A stretch of DNA of 64,000 bases. It comes from Thecamonas trahens ATCC 50062 (taxonomy: Eukaryota; Protista; Apusomonadida). Both the position numbers and the translations under genes were made by a program. Shown piece by piece: positions 20,885 to 33,085 of the stretch. How positions within the stretch are numbered: position 1 is the first letter of the stretch; the number at the start of each line of letters is the position of its first letter. The notes under the pieces are model-generated. The model saw only the letters and a list, made by a program, of their open reading frames with translations, was not told the DNA's origin and searched no databases. The stretch covers positions 159,690 to 223,689 of the forward strand of contig NW_013657625.1 of NCBI RefSeq assembly GCF_000142905.1, given 5' to 3'.

Positions 20885-22381
20885 AGCTGTGGCTCTGGCG
20901 AGGCGTGTCGCGTCTTGCCGCTCACACCCTCGCGCAACGCTCCACCGCCCAAATAGCCCAATGTCATCCATCCAGAACCCTGTGTTGCGTCAGCCGATTT
21001 GGCGAACACAGGTGCGTCAATGCCGCGCAAGCCGCCACAGCTACATGGCGTCATCCACCAGAGAATGACCCACTATTCACAAGTGCAGCACGAAGCGTTG
21101 TGAGGGGTGGCGGATCGCATACCAGCATGCCTGCATGCGTGATTGGCCACGCAAACGTGCCGCAGTGTGCTCGCATGTCGCCGCGTCCGTGCACGGGACC
21201 AAAGCTTCCCCAACCGTCTCAATCTTTAAACTTTGCATCACTGGTGTATCACACAGCATGTGTAGCAAGCATGGGCTGCTGCTTTCTTCGTACGCCACCC
21301 CAACTCTTCCTTTCTTGGCTTACCAGCTATTGTGAGCTTAACCATAGATAACGAAAGACGGGACGAAAAGACATTGATCTTAAATGGCCGACTGTTTTCT
21401 GGACACTTCTGCGGAGTTGAGCGCTGGGACTCATCCCATATGTTGGGGATCGCGGCAGTGTTGCAATAGGCTTACATGTGCTGCGAATTGCGCTCCGGAG
21501 TTGCAGCCCGTGAGGTCCAACGCTGTCGCAGCAAATCAATCGTGATGGCAGCTGTGGTGGGTTGTGGGACCAGCGCAAAACTCAGACGCGGCGATGGAAG
21601 AGCTGTGCACTACCGCAAGCAGTTCGACGACCGATCCTCCGCTGAAGCCGGTTGCCATCGAGGCGGCGCTGGTGGCGCGATGCCGGGCCGGGCGGACTGA
21701 CGTCGCAGCCCATGCTACACGACACCATAACGTGCGTGTGTTCCATCGAGGACGTTTTACTCCATCTCCAGCGACTCGCTCTCTTCGGCGTATGTGGATA
21801 CGTGGCGCGAAGGCTGTACGCTGGCTACAGACGCGTTTGATGTCGACGGGACGGGATGACTCGAGTGGCGGCGGGCGAGTCTGTGGCCACTACATCGCAG
21901 GCCGATGGCGCAGCTCGCTGTCATCATTAGCGTTCATCGGCCGCTGCGCGAGCGCTGCCAGCGCCTACGGCGGCATCGCTACCCGGCAATCACCCTTAAG
22001 CTCGAGACACGCCGGCTGGCGCGGTCATGGCACTCTCTCGAACCGGAACCAGCTCGCCATGCCTCCTCGATAATGCCGCTGCTCTAACTGCGGCAAGTAG
22101 CGGTGATCGCACCTGGGCATCCTCCAATGCTCAAAACTCGACCTTGTTGATGACCTGGTGTCCATCCACGAGATGCCGGTCCAGCAACGAATGAATGATG
22201 GCCATGTGGGAGAGGCAGGAGGCTTTTTTTTTGACCGATTGTGGCACTGAAACGTTTTTGGCCGGCCGAGTTGGTGCCACGACCGGTTTACGCTGTGGAC
22301 ATGGAACAGATTTGTCCAACTTGCCAGCAGGGATACAGATAGCAGAGGAAGAGGCAGCACTCGGCGCAAGGAAGGGTGTCC

Positions 22382-25300
22382 ATGGTGGGGAGAGTGGCGG
22401 CTACAATAGCTGCTGTGGTAGTGGCCATGTGTGTCCTGACAGTCAGACCCGGCCTTGCCTATGACCGTCTCGTCCTCGGTGATCAACGGATGGCACAAGG
22501 TCTCACAAGCGGCAATTCACCGCTTTGCCTCACCACCACTGTCGTTGCTGGCGAGCTGCCGGTGACGGGCGGCGCCGAGCCTGGTGTGGCAGAGGTTCAT
22601 GTGGAGCTGAGGGGCAATCATACTGCTGCAGCAGACATTCGTGTCACACTCGAAGCTCCCAATGGCCACGTGGTGACGCTGCTGGACGGCACGGGCTCCA
22701 CCGCCGGTGCACGGCTCTCGCTCGCTCCCGCTCGCTTTGCGGACCACGCCTCGCTCGTCCTCGCCTCACCGCTCACAAGCACCTTGGGCGCGGATGCGGG
22801 CATTGTAGAGCTGAACGGTGTCTTTGCGCCGGCTGATGGCGACAATGCGCTCACAGCTGCCTTCTTTGGCCACTCGCCGCTCGGAGACTGGACTCTGTGC
22901 GTGATCGATGCCGGCAGCGAGGGCGGATCGGGCATCATCGATGCCTACCAGCTCGTCATCGATGTGCTCTCGTTTGCGGGGACTGATACCCAGACCGCGT
23001 TCTTCAATTGGGCAGAGGTGACTGGTGGCACAGTGGCATTATTTACCTTTACTGTCGATGGCGCCAATGTGGACCAGGTGACTGACGTCCGGATCTGGTA
23101 CAACACTGACATGCGAAAGGCGTTTGACAATGCGGCGTCCATTATCACGCCATCGCGTAATCTTGTGCTCTTTCAGTATGGGCACTATCCGTCGTCGATG
23201 GTTGTGCAAGACTTGTACTTTGACGACACGGCGGCAACGGCGCTACCAACAAGCGGGGCATCACCGGTGCAGGGGGTGTTTCGGCCAGCAAGCCAGGACT
23301 GGGCTGGCCTCCGTGGATCATGCGGGGCCGGCGACTGGTCACTGCATATCACCGACTACACCACGGGAGGGAGTGGGCGGACATATCTCAACAACTTTGG
23401 CATCTCGATCAACGGAACGGTGGCTGTTTGTGGCGACGGATACAAGGGATGCTCGGAAGAGTGTGATGACGGCAACATGGTGGGCGGCGACGGGTGCTCG
23501 GCAACATGCACACTTGAGACCGGATATGTATGCACAGGACGACCGAACACATGTCGATATGCGCCGCGGCGGCGTCGACGGCCGAGATCGTGATGTGGAA
23601 CGATGCGGTGGTTGTGGATCCGGCGTCGGTGTCGGGTCTGACGGCGACGCTGGCGCAAGTGTCGATCACGCCGGGCACGTTCAGCGGCAACGATGCTTCG
23701 GCGATGAATGCAGCACTGCTGACCCCGTCACCGCGGCCCAAGGTGTTCCTCTTCCCAGCTGTGGTGTCGCCCAACGCGGAGTTGGACGTGACGACAAGCG
23801 CAGTGCTGGATGTGATGGAGACGTACGTGCGCGAGGGCGGGGTGATGATTGCGGTGGGATCGTTTGCACCTGCGCGCAAGCATTTTCTCGAGTCGTGGTT
23901 TGGCTTGCCTGTGCACGACGAGGTGTTGCTCGCGCGGCATGTGACAGCGCACTTGCGGGCGGGCGACCCGCCGGTGTGGTTTGATGCTTCGCGTAAGAGC
24001 TCAAGTGAGGGCCTGCCCCTGAGCGGTGGCATGTCACCGTCGTGGATGGAGGTTGACACGCTGAATGCGTTTTGCTTCTCGGACGACACGGTACTCAAGA
24101 CGCGGACGTCGTACGGCAACGCATCGTCGTGGGTGCAGCTGTACGGGGCGAATCCCAGCGACACGGGCGAGTCGCACGGGCTGGTGTGGCTGCGCAAGTA
24201 CCACGAGGGTTGGGTTGTGTTCTATCACGAGGCGGCGGCGACGACGCTGCCGGCCAAGCCGACAGAGGTGCTTGCGGACTTGACGCGGCTGCATGGGTGG
24301 AGTGGGCCGCCCGGGAGCGCGTCGTGCGGCAACGGAGTTGTGGATCCGTGGGCGTGGGACGTGAGCAACTACGGCGGGTACAACGAGGAGTGTGATGATG
24401 GCAACGACGACGACGGCGACGGATGCACGTCCAACTGCGTGGCGGATCCGTGTGGCGAGTGCCCCCACACGGGCGGACGGTGCAAGTGGCCGACTGTTGT
24501 GGGTCTCGGGCTGGCGAGTGGCCCGGTGGTGAGTGTGGAGAATGCCGAAGTGAGTGTGGAGACGTACGTGGATGTCGATGTGGAGTTCCGCTGCGGAGTT
24601 GGCAGCGGCGGGTATGTTGAGGTGGAGTTTCCGGACGACGGGTTTGTGATTGCGAGTGACAGCGCGACGCCCAGCGGAATTGTGACGAGTGTGAGCATTG
24701 TTGGAGCGGGGCGGACTGTGCGGCTCGGGATCGGCGAAGGTATCGGGCCTGGGGCGCGTATTGTGTTCCGAGTGTTCAATGTGACGAATCCGTCGAGCAG
24801 CAAGACGACGAGTGGGTTTTGGGTGCGGTCGCTCCTGTCTGACGGAAGCACCGTTGTGAACAGTGGCGAGTCGAACGGAGTAGTGATCACGTCTGGAGCG
24901 GCACCAAGTCCGCCTCCGCCGCCGAGCCCACCTCCGCCGCCGAGCCCACCTCCGCCGCCGAGTCCACCTCCGCCGCCGAGTCCGCCTCCGCCGCCGAGTC
25001 CGCCTCCGCCGCCGAGCCCACCTCCGCCGCCGAGCCCACCTCCGCCGCCGAGTCCGCCTCCGCCGCCGAGCCCACCTCCGCCGCCGAGCCCACCTCCGCC
25101 GCCGAGTCCACCTCCGCCGCCGAGTCCACCTCCGCCGCCGAGTCCACCTCCGCCGCCGAGTCCACCTCCGCCGCCGAGTCCACCTCCGCCGCCGAGCCCA
25201 CCTCCGCCGCCGAGCCACCTCCGCCGCCGAGTCCACCTCCGCCGCCGAGTCCGCCTCCGCCGCCGAGTCCCCTCCGCCGCCACCACCACCTCCGCCGCCG

Positions 25301-28300
25301 AGTCCGCCTCCGCCGCCATCACCACCTCCACCGCCTCCTCCACCATCACCACCTCCGCCCAAGGCCAGCCTCCGGCCGCATGCTAACCTCCGCCGCCAAG
25401 GCCGCCTTCACCTCCGCCCCGCCGCCGANNNNNNNNNNNNNNNNNNNNNNNNNNNNNNNNNNNNNNNNNNNNNNNNNNNNNNNNNNNNNNNNNNNNNNNN
25501 NNNNNNNNNNNNNNNNNNNNNNNNNNNNGTCATCACTACCTCCAACCCCCTCGCCGCCTCCGCCTCCACCTCCGTCACCGCCACCGCCGCCATCGCCGCC
25601 GCCGCCGCCGTCACCGCCGCCGCCATCACCCCCTCCGTCACCCCCTCCGCCGTCGCCGCCGTCGCCGCCGCCTCCCACTGCCGCGGCACCGGTGTTCCCA
25701 CCAGTGGCTTGGAGTCTCAACCCGTCAGTCTCGCCGTATGCTGGCGGCATTGACATGGTTCTCCACCGCACGGCCGGCGACCCACAGGTGGCCTACTTTC
25801 CGGCCGAGTACTCGGTGACGATCGAGGTGGCGATATTCGGTGCGCCGAACGACGCCGAGGCGTCCGAGATTGTGTCTGTGCCTGCCAACGCATCACAGAA
25901 GCTGACAAACGCGGTGACGTTTACGTCGCCGGCGTCCAACTCGACGGGGTACCACCAGATGTGGGTGGTGCGGCGGCGGGCTGCCGACGGCGGGTTGATC
26001 TCGCGCCAGCTGTTGGCGTCGATGCTGACGTATGTGGAGCATCAGTGCTTCGACACAAACTTTGTGTACTACGGCGGGCGCTGCCAGCCGTGCAGAGCGT
26101 TCGAAGGAGCATACTGCCCTGGCGGAGCGCGGTTCTGGCCAAAGACCGGGTTTTGGTCGCCGTCTGAGCGGGTGCTGCCGTCGCGGTGCACTGTGGAGGC
26201 GTCGTGCCCGGGCGCCATGGGCGAGATAGCGAATTATCCGGCGCGTACGCTGGTGACCGGCGAGCGGAAGACGGACATGTGTGCCGATGGATACACGGAC
26301 GAGTTCTGTTCGGTGTGCGCGGACGGGTACTTTAGCGACTTTGGAAGGTGCCGGGCGTGCGGCTCGGAAGAGTCTGCGGCGGCAGAGCTGAGTCTGATGG
26401 CGATTGTTGCGGGCGGGCTTGTGCTGATTGTGCTTGTTGCGCTGTACTTTTTGTCTGCACGGCACCTTGTGACGGCAGTGGCAGTGGTTGTGACAGTGCA
26501 GCAGATTGTGCTCGTGTCGCGAATTGGGCTACAGCGGCTTGCCGAGGGGTCGTCGTCTGAGCGGTTCGCGGTGTTCATTCGGGTGATGTCGATTCTCAAC
26601 TTTGAGATTGAGATTGTGCGGCCGGGCTGCACCGTGCCGCGGATCTCGTTTGTGGTTGTCTACCTCGGCACGCTTGTCATTGTCGCGGTGTCTGCGATTC
26701 TGTTCCTTGTTACAGTCTGGCTGCGATCATTGCGGACCCGGCGCAGCCGCTCGGTTGCCCCGAGCACCAAGCACGTTGCGACGGAGAACTTGGGACAGGT
26801 CTCCCGGGCTGGCTCGGACCGTGGTGTGGCGCTGGCGACGATCTGGGAGTCGGCATCCTCAGCGTCGTCGTCGTCGCTCTCCTCGAGCTCGTCGCATGTG
26901 GCGTCGGATAGCACAACTTCGTCGTCATCGACTACCTCCAGCACCTCCACTGGATCCGGCTCGGTCTCTACGGATGGCATGTGTGAAGAGGAGCAACATG
27001 AGGATGTGGCACTGCGGCGGTTGTCGGAAGCATCGTCAGGAGGAGTGTCAGATGCTATGGCGTTGGCGATGGTGACGAGGCCCAACGCCTCGGGTCGCAG
27101 CGGTGGGGATGCTTTGAGCTTGTCGATGATGGTCAACCACTCGAACGGAGCAGGGCCTCTGCTCAACCGGTCGGGTGCGTCTCATACCTCCTCGCTGCTA
27201 TCGTCGCGGCGTGGCGGGGCTGACACGACGCTGCGGGAGCGGTCGATTCACGCGATGATTATCCTCGGCGCGCTGGCGTTTCTGCAGGTCTCGCTCCGGA
27301 CCATCCAGGGCCTTCACTGCGTGCGAGTCGGCGACGGGTCACTTCGTCTTGGAGTTGAGCTCCGGCAGCGGTGCTTTGAGGGTGACCACCTGGCGTTGAC
27401 GATGGTGCTCGTTCCAATGGCGCTTGGGTTCTGCCTCGGGTTTCCTGTTCTTTGCTGCCTGGTGGCGGTTAGGACGTACCAGCGGCTGGTGGGCGGCAAG
27501 CTGGACTCTGTGGACTCTGCGATGGAGGCTTATGGGTTTGTGCTCCGCGGGCTCAAACCAAAGTTTCTCTGGTTCCGGACTGTGCAGCTTGTGACGACGC
27601 TGGCGTTTGCGATGGAGACTGTGGTGGCGCCTGCGGGCGAGGTGCGTATTTTTGCGGCGGGGGTCAACTTTTCTGTCTCTGTCCTCCTTGTGGGCTTCCT
27701 CGATCCATTCCTGGAGCGGTGGCACTCGCTGCTTGCGATCTGCTCGGGAACTGCGAGTGGTGGGCAGATTCTGTACTTTTTGTTTTCCGAGGACCAGACG
27801 TTGTTTGGGATCGGGGCTGTGTTGCAGGCTGTCTGCTTTTCGCTCGCAGTGGGCGCAGTTGTGCTTCGGGTTGTGCTCTTCAACACCAAGGTGATCGCGG
27901 ACGAGGAGGGCGTCGACACTGGGCGCACCGAAAGACCCGAGGCTGGTGTGCTTGTGGCAAAATCAGAAAATGCTGGTCTTGGGACGTCGTTCTCGTCGTC
28001 GTCCTCGTCGTCATCATCCTCGTATAGATCGTCGTCGTCGACGTTATCGTCGGAGCCGCCGACGGTGGGCAGGCCCATCTCGCAGGTCTCTGTGGCCGAC
28101 TTTGGCGTCGATAGCCGAACGCAGACGAGGCAGAGCGTTGCGACACCAGAATCGCACGAGCCACGAACGGCGAGCCCGGCTCTGCGGCGGGCAGTGACAA
28201 TGGCTGATACCAACGCTGCATGTCACTCGCCTATCAACGCCCGCGGCAAGTTGGCGTCGGCTGACGAATCACTGTTTATAGCAAGTTTGCCGCGGCATCG

Positions 28301-28736
28301 TCGGCGGTCGAGGAGACAGCCGTCGATTGTCGAGGGTCGAAAGCCGGAAGGCGAGCGAGTGCGGCGGCGACACCGGTCGCGCGAGCTGTCATGCGAGCAG
28401 TCGTCATGCGACGGAGCGGGTCCGCCGAATGTGCCACGGCGTCGGAATATGTCCGTGTCCAAGTCGCTTGCGGTCGGCGTGGGCGGTATGGGTAACGAGC
28501 ACCGCCGCCGTGGCCGGCATCGCAGCCGCAACTCGCTCTCGCCAAGTGGCGGCAGCATGCCGATGGGGCCGTCTCGATCGCCGTCGTTTGCGCGCGAGGC
28601 GGTTGCCAGAAAGGTCCAGGACGCTAGGTCCCGCGGCAGTTCGCGGGCAATGTCGCGCGCCGGATCGTCGGAGAGCGACGGCGTTGGTGATTCGGTGCGA
28701 ATGTCTGCGCCGATGCTGCATGAGAAGGCAGGCTAG
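22382..28736 (+). CDS. Giant cell-surface protein: signal peptide, two P-domain-like modules, Myxococcus-type Cys-rich repeats, SPPPPP repeats, Cys-rich region and multi-pass membrane domain (frame breaks at ~23553-23590 and ~25215/25270; gap 25429-25528)
   Basis: ORFs 22376-23593, 23530-25386 and 25380-28736 are collinear. ADIRVTLEAPNG...GDWTLCVID and GDWSLHITD; CGDG...EECDDGN...GDGC twice; CPGG..FWP..GFW; several hydrophobic helices including YGFVLRGLKPKFLWF. Confidence 0.75.
24907..25680 (+). repeat. 18-bp coding tandem repeat (AGYCCRCCTCCGCCGCCG) encoding Ser-Pro5
   Basis: About 17 clean units at 24907-25212, then degenerate copies on both sides of the N-gap. Confidence 0.95.
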
Positions 28737-28737
28737 G

Positions 28738-29457
28738 CTACATCGCGCCACGCTCCTGATCGGCCCTGGCCGAAAAAGCCGAGACCGGCATGAGTGCGGC
28801 ACCGACAGCGCGGCCCTCCTCTGCCAGAAAGTTAAAGGTTGCGGCCGCGTTGATCGAGTCCATGGCCTCGACGGCAATGCCGCGTGCGCGAAGCGGGTCG
28901 AGAAGATGATCAGGGAGGCGGACAATGGACTTGCCGGTGCCGATGAGGAGCAAATCCATCCTTGGATGCAGAATGCGCGGAAGAATAAGGGCATCCAGGG
29001 TGAGCTCGTCGGCCGAGGCCACATCCCACAGCAGCGCCAGCGAGGGCAGGACCAAGACGCCTCCGGCCACCTTGGTGCCCGAGACGGTAAAGCCACGGGC
29101 CGAGTAGCCCGAGATCCTCACCACCTCGTCAGGTGCAGGCAGCTCAGGAATAGCCGCAATAGCCTCTGCCTCGCCGTCTGCAGCAGCATCGCCATCGCCC
29201 ACCGATCCCGTCCCATCCGCCGCCCCATCCGCCGCTCGTCCCATCGCCGCCGGCTGCTGGTCAAAGGCCGCCCCATCCGCCGCTCGTCCCATCGCCGCCG
29301 GCTGCTGGTCAAAGGCAAGCGGCTGCGCATACGTCCCGTCGTTGAAGGCTCGGATGCGCGCCTCGTCCTCCGGAGAGAGCTCCCGCTTGGCACAGGTACA
29401 GGCCGTGGTGTGGAGCTGTCGCAGTGTTGCAGTTGCGGTGCGGGTCGCTCGGAACAT
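28738..29457 (-). CDS. NDUFAF3: Complex I assembly factor NDUFAF3 (Mth938 domain)
   Basis: Arg/Thr-rich presequence MFRATRTATATLRQL; ISGYSARGFTV, DLLLIGTG, GIAVEAMDSINAAATFNFLAEEGRAVGAALMP. Confidence 0.9.
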   Translation of the reverse strand: MFRATRTATATLRQLHTTACTCAKRELSPEDEARIRAFNDGTYAQPLAFDQQPAAMGRAADGAAFDQQPAAMGRAADGAADGTGSVGDGDAAADGEAEAIAAIPELPAPDEVVRISGYSARGFTVSGTKVAGGVLVLPSLALLWDVASADELTLDALILPRILHPRMDLLLIGTGKSIVRLPDHLLDPLRARGIAVEAMDSINAAATFNFLAEEGRAVGAALMPVSAFSARADQERGAM

Positions 29458-29688
29458 GTCGGGCGAGCGGGTTGAGTGGTGAGGTGGACGAGGGGACCGA
29501 GGCGTGGCGGTGACCAAGCGGCGGCGGCGACTCGGCGGCGGCGACTCGGCGGCAGCGGCGGCGATTGGGTGGGTGTTGGGGGGGAGTTTGGCTGGCATGT
29601 GGGAATTGCTTCGATGTTTTACGTCAAGGGGGGGGGGGGGGGGGAGAAAGGGCGTGGATGAAGGTGTGCATCACGTTCGGATGGTACT

Positions 29689-32261
29689 TCACATCTGGGA
29701 GAGGAAGCCGGCGTCGAGGCGGTTGTCGAGCTCGACCTGGGAGAGGCGGCGGGCCTCGATCTGCTTGAGCTCGTCACGGGTGGCGACCCAGGTGGCGTGG
29801 ATGGGGGCGAGCTTGGCGCGGAGCGGGGCGAGACGGCGAGGGAGGAGGCCTGCTCGTGGATCTCGTCGAAGAGCTCCTCAAGCTCGCGGAGGTCGTCGTT
29901 CGCGCGGGCCTTGTTGGCCTCCTCGTACTCGACCTTGCCCTGCAGGTCTGCGAGGGCCTTGTTGCAGTCTGCAACCCAAGCGAACTTCTGGGCAGCGTTG
30001 GAGCGGGCCTTCTTCTTGAGGAGGGCCTCGCGCTCCTGCTCGAGCATCTCAACGGACGACTCTGCGGCGTAGACGGAGAGGGCGGTCTTGAAGTACTTGC
30101 GGATGATGAGGTTGAGGCGGGCGATGGAGAGGTCGACGACTTCGGTGACGACCTTGGACTCGCGCTGGGCGCGGACGGCGTGGAAGGTCTCCGAGGCGGA
30201 GCGGAGGACGTCGTTGATCTTGGAGGCAGCGTCGATGTGGGCCTCGGTGTCGTGGAGGAGGCGGAGGGCGACCTCCTCCTCGTGCTCGGCGAGGCTCTGG
30301 TTGAGGCGTTGCTTCTTGACGAGGAGGTTGATGGAGCGCGAGACGGCGTTCATGCGGGCGGCCGAGCGGTGGGCGCCGAGGTAGGCGTCGGAGAGGTCGT
30401 CCATGAGGCGACGGATGTGCTCCTCGAGCTTGGCGACGGTCTGGACATGGTTGTCGTGCTCCGACTTGGCAGTGGCAAGCTGAGACTCGAGGTTTGCGGA
30501 CATGGCCTCAAACTTGCGCTCCTCCTCGGCCTCCTGGGTGCGGACCGATTCGAGGCCGGCGCGGATGCGGGCGCGGTCGGCGGCGGGCTTGACCTCGTTG
30601 ATAGAGAGCGAGAGGGCGCGCATCGAGTGGAGGACACCAAGGAGCTCGGCCGACTGCTTGGCCTGGCGGGCGGTCTGGTTGATGGCGGTGTCGACCTCCG
30701 AGTAGAGCGAGCCCTCGGCCTGGGTCAGCTCCTCGGTCCAGTCGACGACACCACGGCGGTCCTCAAAGTCGCCGCACTTTGCGTCGGTGACCTGGACCTT
30801 GGCCTTGAGCTCACGGGTGTCCGGAACCTCGATGGCCTGCAGGGTGGCGAGCTCCTGGACAAGTGCGCGGAGCGCAGCCATAACCTCCTCCTCGCCGTCC
30901 TGGTTGCGGGTTCCGGCGTAGACGTTGAGAACGTCCGAGACGCGAGAGGCGATGAGGTCAAAGACCTGGGCAAAGTCCGGGTCGGCCGACTCGGCCATGG
31001 ACTGGACCTGGTTGCGCAGCTGCTCGAGCTGCTCGTACCGGCCAGGCTCGGACGCCGCACGGCGCTTGTCGTCCTCGTTGAGGGCCTCGTTGATCACGGG
31101 CGGGAGCGCTGAGTCGATCTGCTGCACAATGGGTGACTCGTCAAACTTGGGCTCGACTTTGGAGTCCGACTCGAACTGGCGGAGGAGCTCGACGACCGAG
31201 TCGCGAATGTCCACCAGCTCCTGGGCGCGGGCGTGCTCCTGACGGCGGGCGACACCGGTGGTGAGCGCAGCATGAAAGTCGACATCGAGAGCAGATGTCG
31301 ACACGACAGCCTGCCGCGACGGCGACGGCGACGCGCTCACTCGCTGATACGACGAGGTCATGGGCGCAGCCGGCGACGGCGACGAGTACACCACAGGCGA
31401 TGACGGGTAGTACGAGACCGGCGAAGCGTACCTATCCACCACCACCCACCACACGAACCATAACAACGGCATTGTCATCATCGTCGCCGCACATTGTGAG
31501 TCATGATCATGACGAGACGATGAAAATAAATAACGGGGAGGGGGGAGGGGGGGAACAACCATTGATTCATGATGGATGGTAACAAATGAGGTAACAACGA
31601 TGGTAACAATCATGGTAACAATCATGGTAACAATCATGGTGACAATCATGGTAACAATCATGGTGACAATCATGGTAACAATCATGGTAACAATCATGGT
31701 AACAATCATGGTAACAATCATGGTAACAATCATGGTAACAACCATTGATTAACGATGGATGGTAACAACCATTGATTCATGCGGTTGGCAGCGAAGAATG
31801 GGCAAATGACTCTTTGTCAACAAAGGGAGCAACAATTAATTGATGGTGGCATGTGATGGATGGATGATGCGCGGTGGCAGCGACCAACGGCTCATGATTC
31901 GGGAGACGGGGTCGGGGGGGGGGGGGGAAGGGGGGGCTGGTGGGAGTGGGGGAGAGGGAGATAGTATGACGTACGAATTGTAGGAGGTAGAGGGGGAGAC
32001 GGTGGACGGACCAGTAGCAGTAGGGGTGGAAGTGGTGTTCGTAGCCGTCACTGTAGCGGTGGTGGTGGTGGTGGTGGTCGGCAGAGCCGAGGCAGCCGTC
32101 GAGGGAGAGCCGCTGGCGACCGAGCCACCAGTAGGGACAGCAAAGCCGGCGTAGGAGTAGTTGGAGACAGGACGGGGAGCAACCGGAGAGTAGAACATGT
32201 TAAGTGCTCCGGGCTCGTACACGTAAGAGCGGCGGCGCTGCATCGGCGAGTTCCCGTACAT
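29689..32261 (-). CDS. Long coiled-coil protein; exons 32261-31975 and 31431-29689 (-1 frame break ~29835)
   Basis: Intron GTACGT...GATAG (31974-31432) joins YNS|YASPV in frame. Strong codon bias. The C-terminus continues in the -1 frame (LAPLRAKLAPIHATW...FLSQM*). Confidence 0.7.
31577..31770. repeat. 12-bp intronic minisatellite (ATGGTAACAATC)n
   Basis: About 12 near-perfect copies at 31600-31741 plus degenerate flanks. Confidence 0.95.
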
Positions 32262-33085
32262 GGCGGCAGTGGGGTGGTGCTCCCTCTCGCTCCCGTCAAA
32301 CTCGCCAACAGCTGCCGCATCGCTTTGCGACCGTCAGCCCCGTCCCGCCCCACCTCCCCTCATCCATCCGCCCCCCGATCCAGCTGGTGTTCGGCTCGTG
32401 GCCATCAGGACAGACTCAGCTTCTGCTGTTGTTGACCGAGGTAGGGAGAGGTTGCTAAACTTGGGGACGTGGAACGGTATAGGGGAGGGGGGGACTTGGG
32501 CGTGTCGATCTTGTGTATAGGGAGGGGGACGGGTGTGCCTTTTGGCCGCATGATGTCTCCCCCTCCTTGCTGATGTCGATGCCAGGCATATCACCGCACC
32601 GATCATCTTCTTTGCGCAACTAGCTGTGTATGTTGCAGGGGCTAATGTGCGGACCTCTCCAGTGGCGTTCCACATGGGTTGGCGTGGCGGCCGGCTGTCG
32701 CCACCATCGCCCCCTCCCCCAACCCCAACTAGGGTTTTTTTTCAGGGGNNNNNNNNNNNNNNNNNNNNNNNNNNNNNNNNNNNNNNNNNNNNNNNNNNNN
32801 NNNNNNNNNNNNNNNNNNNNNNNNNNNNNNNNNNNNNNNNNNNNNNNNGAGTCCGGTCCGGGCACACCGCCTCGACTACGCCCCCCCCCCCCCCCCCAGC
32901 CCACGCCGCCGAAACTCGACCCACACGGCACACGGCAGGCCGAGGCGGAGCGGCACAGCCAGGCCCCGCAGAGCACTTGACGCCAGCAACCGTCGACCTC
33001 GTGTCCAAGGGTTGTGGAAGTATGCCATGCGACTGGGATAGAGGTGTTTCTAGCGAGGACCGGCAAGTCCTTCGGGTGGTAGCCC

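Noticed and set aside
20885-21400. Canonical FMN riboswitch upstream of the rib gene
   Set aside because: I could not find the RFN consensus blocks by eye; an Infernal search would be decisive.
21100-22370. Possible decayed coding sequence (also 52550-53300 and 56500-57050)
   Set aside because: Only short, stop-interrupted protein-like fragments with no recognisable family, so not enough to call pseudogenes.
24907-25212. Regular repeat arrays (here and at 31600-31741, 47823-47931) as CRISPR
   Set aside because: They are head-to-tail repeats with no unique spacers, no cas genes, and a eukaryotic context.
31432-31745. (MIVT)n N-terminus of ORF 29619-31745
   Set aside because: It is the translation of an intronic 12-bp minisatellite.
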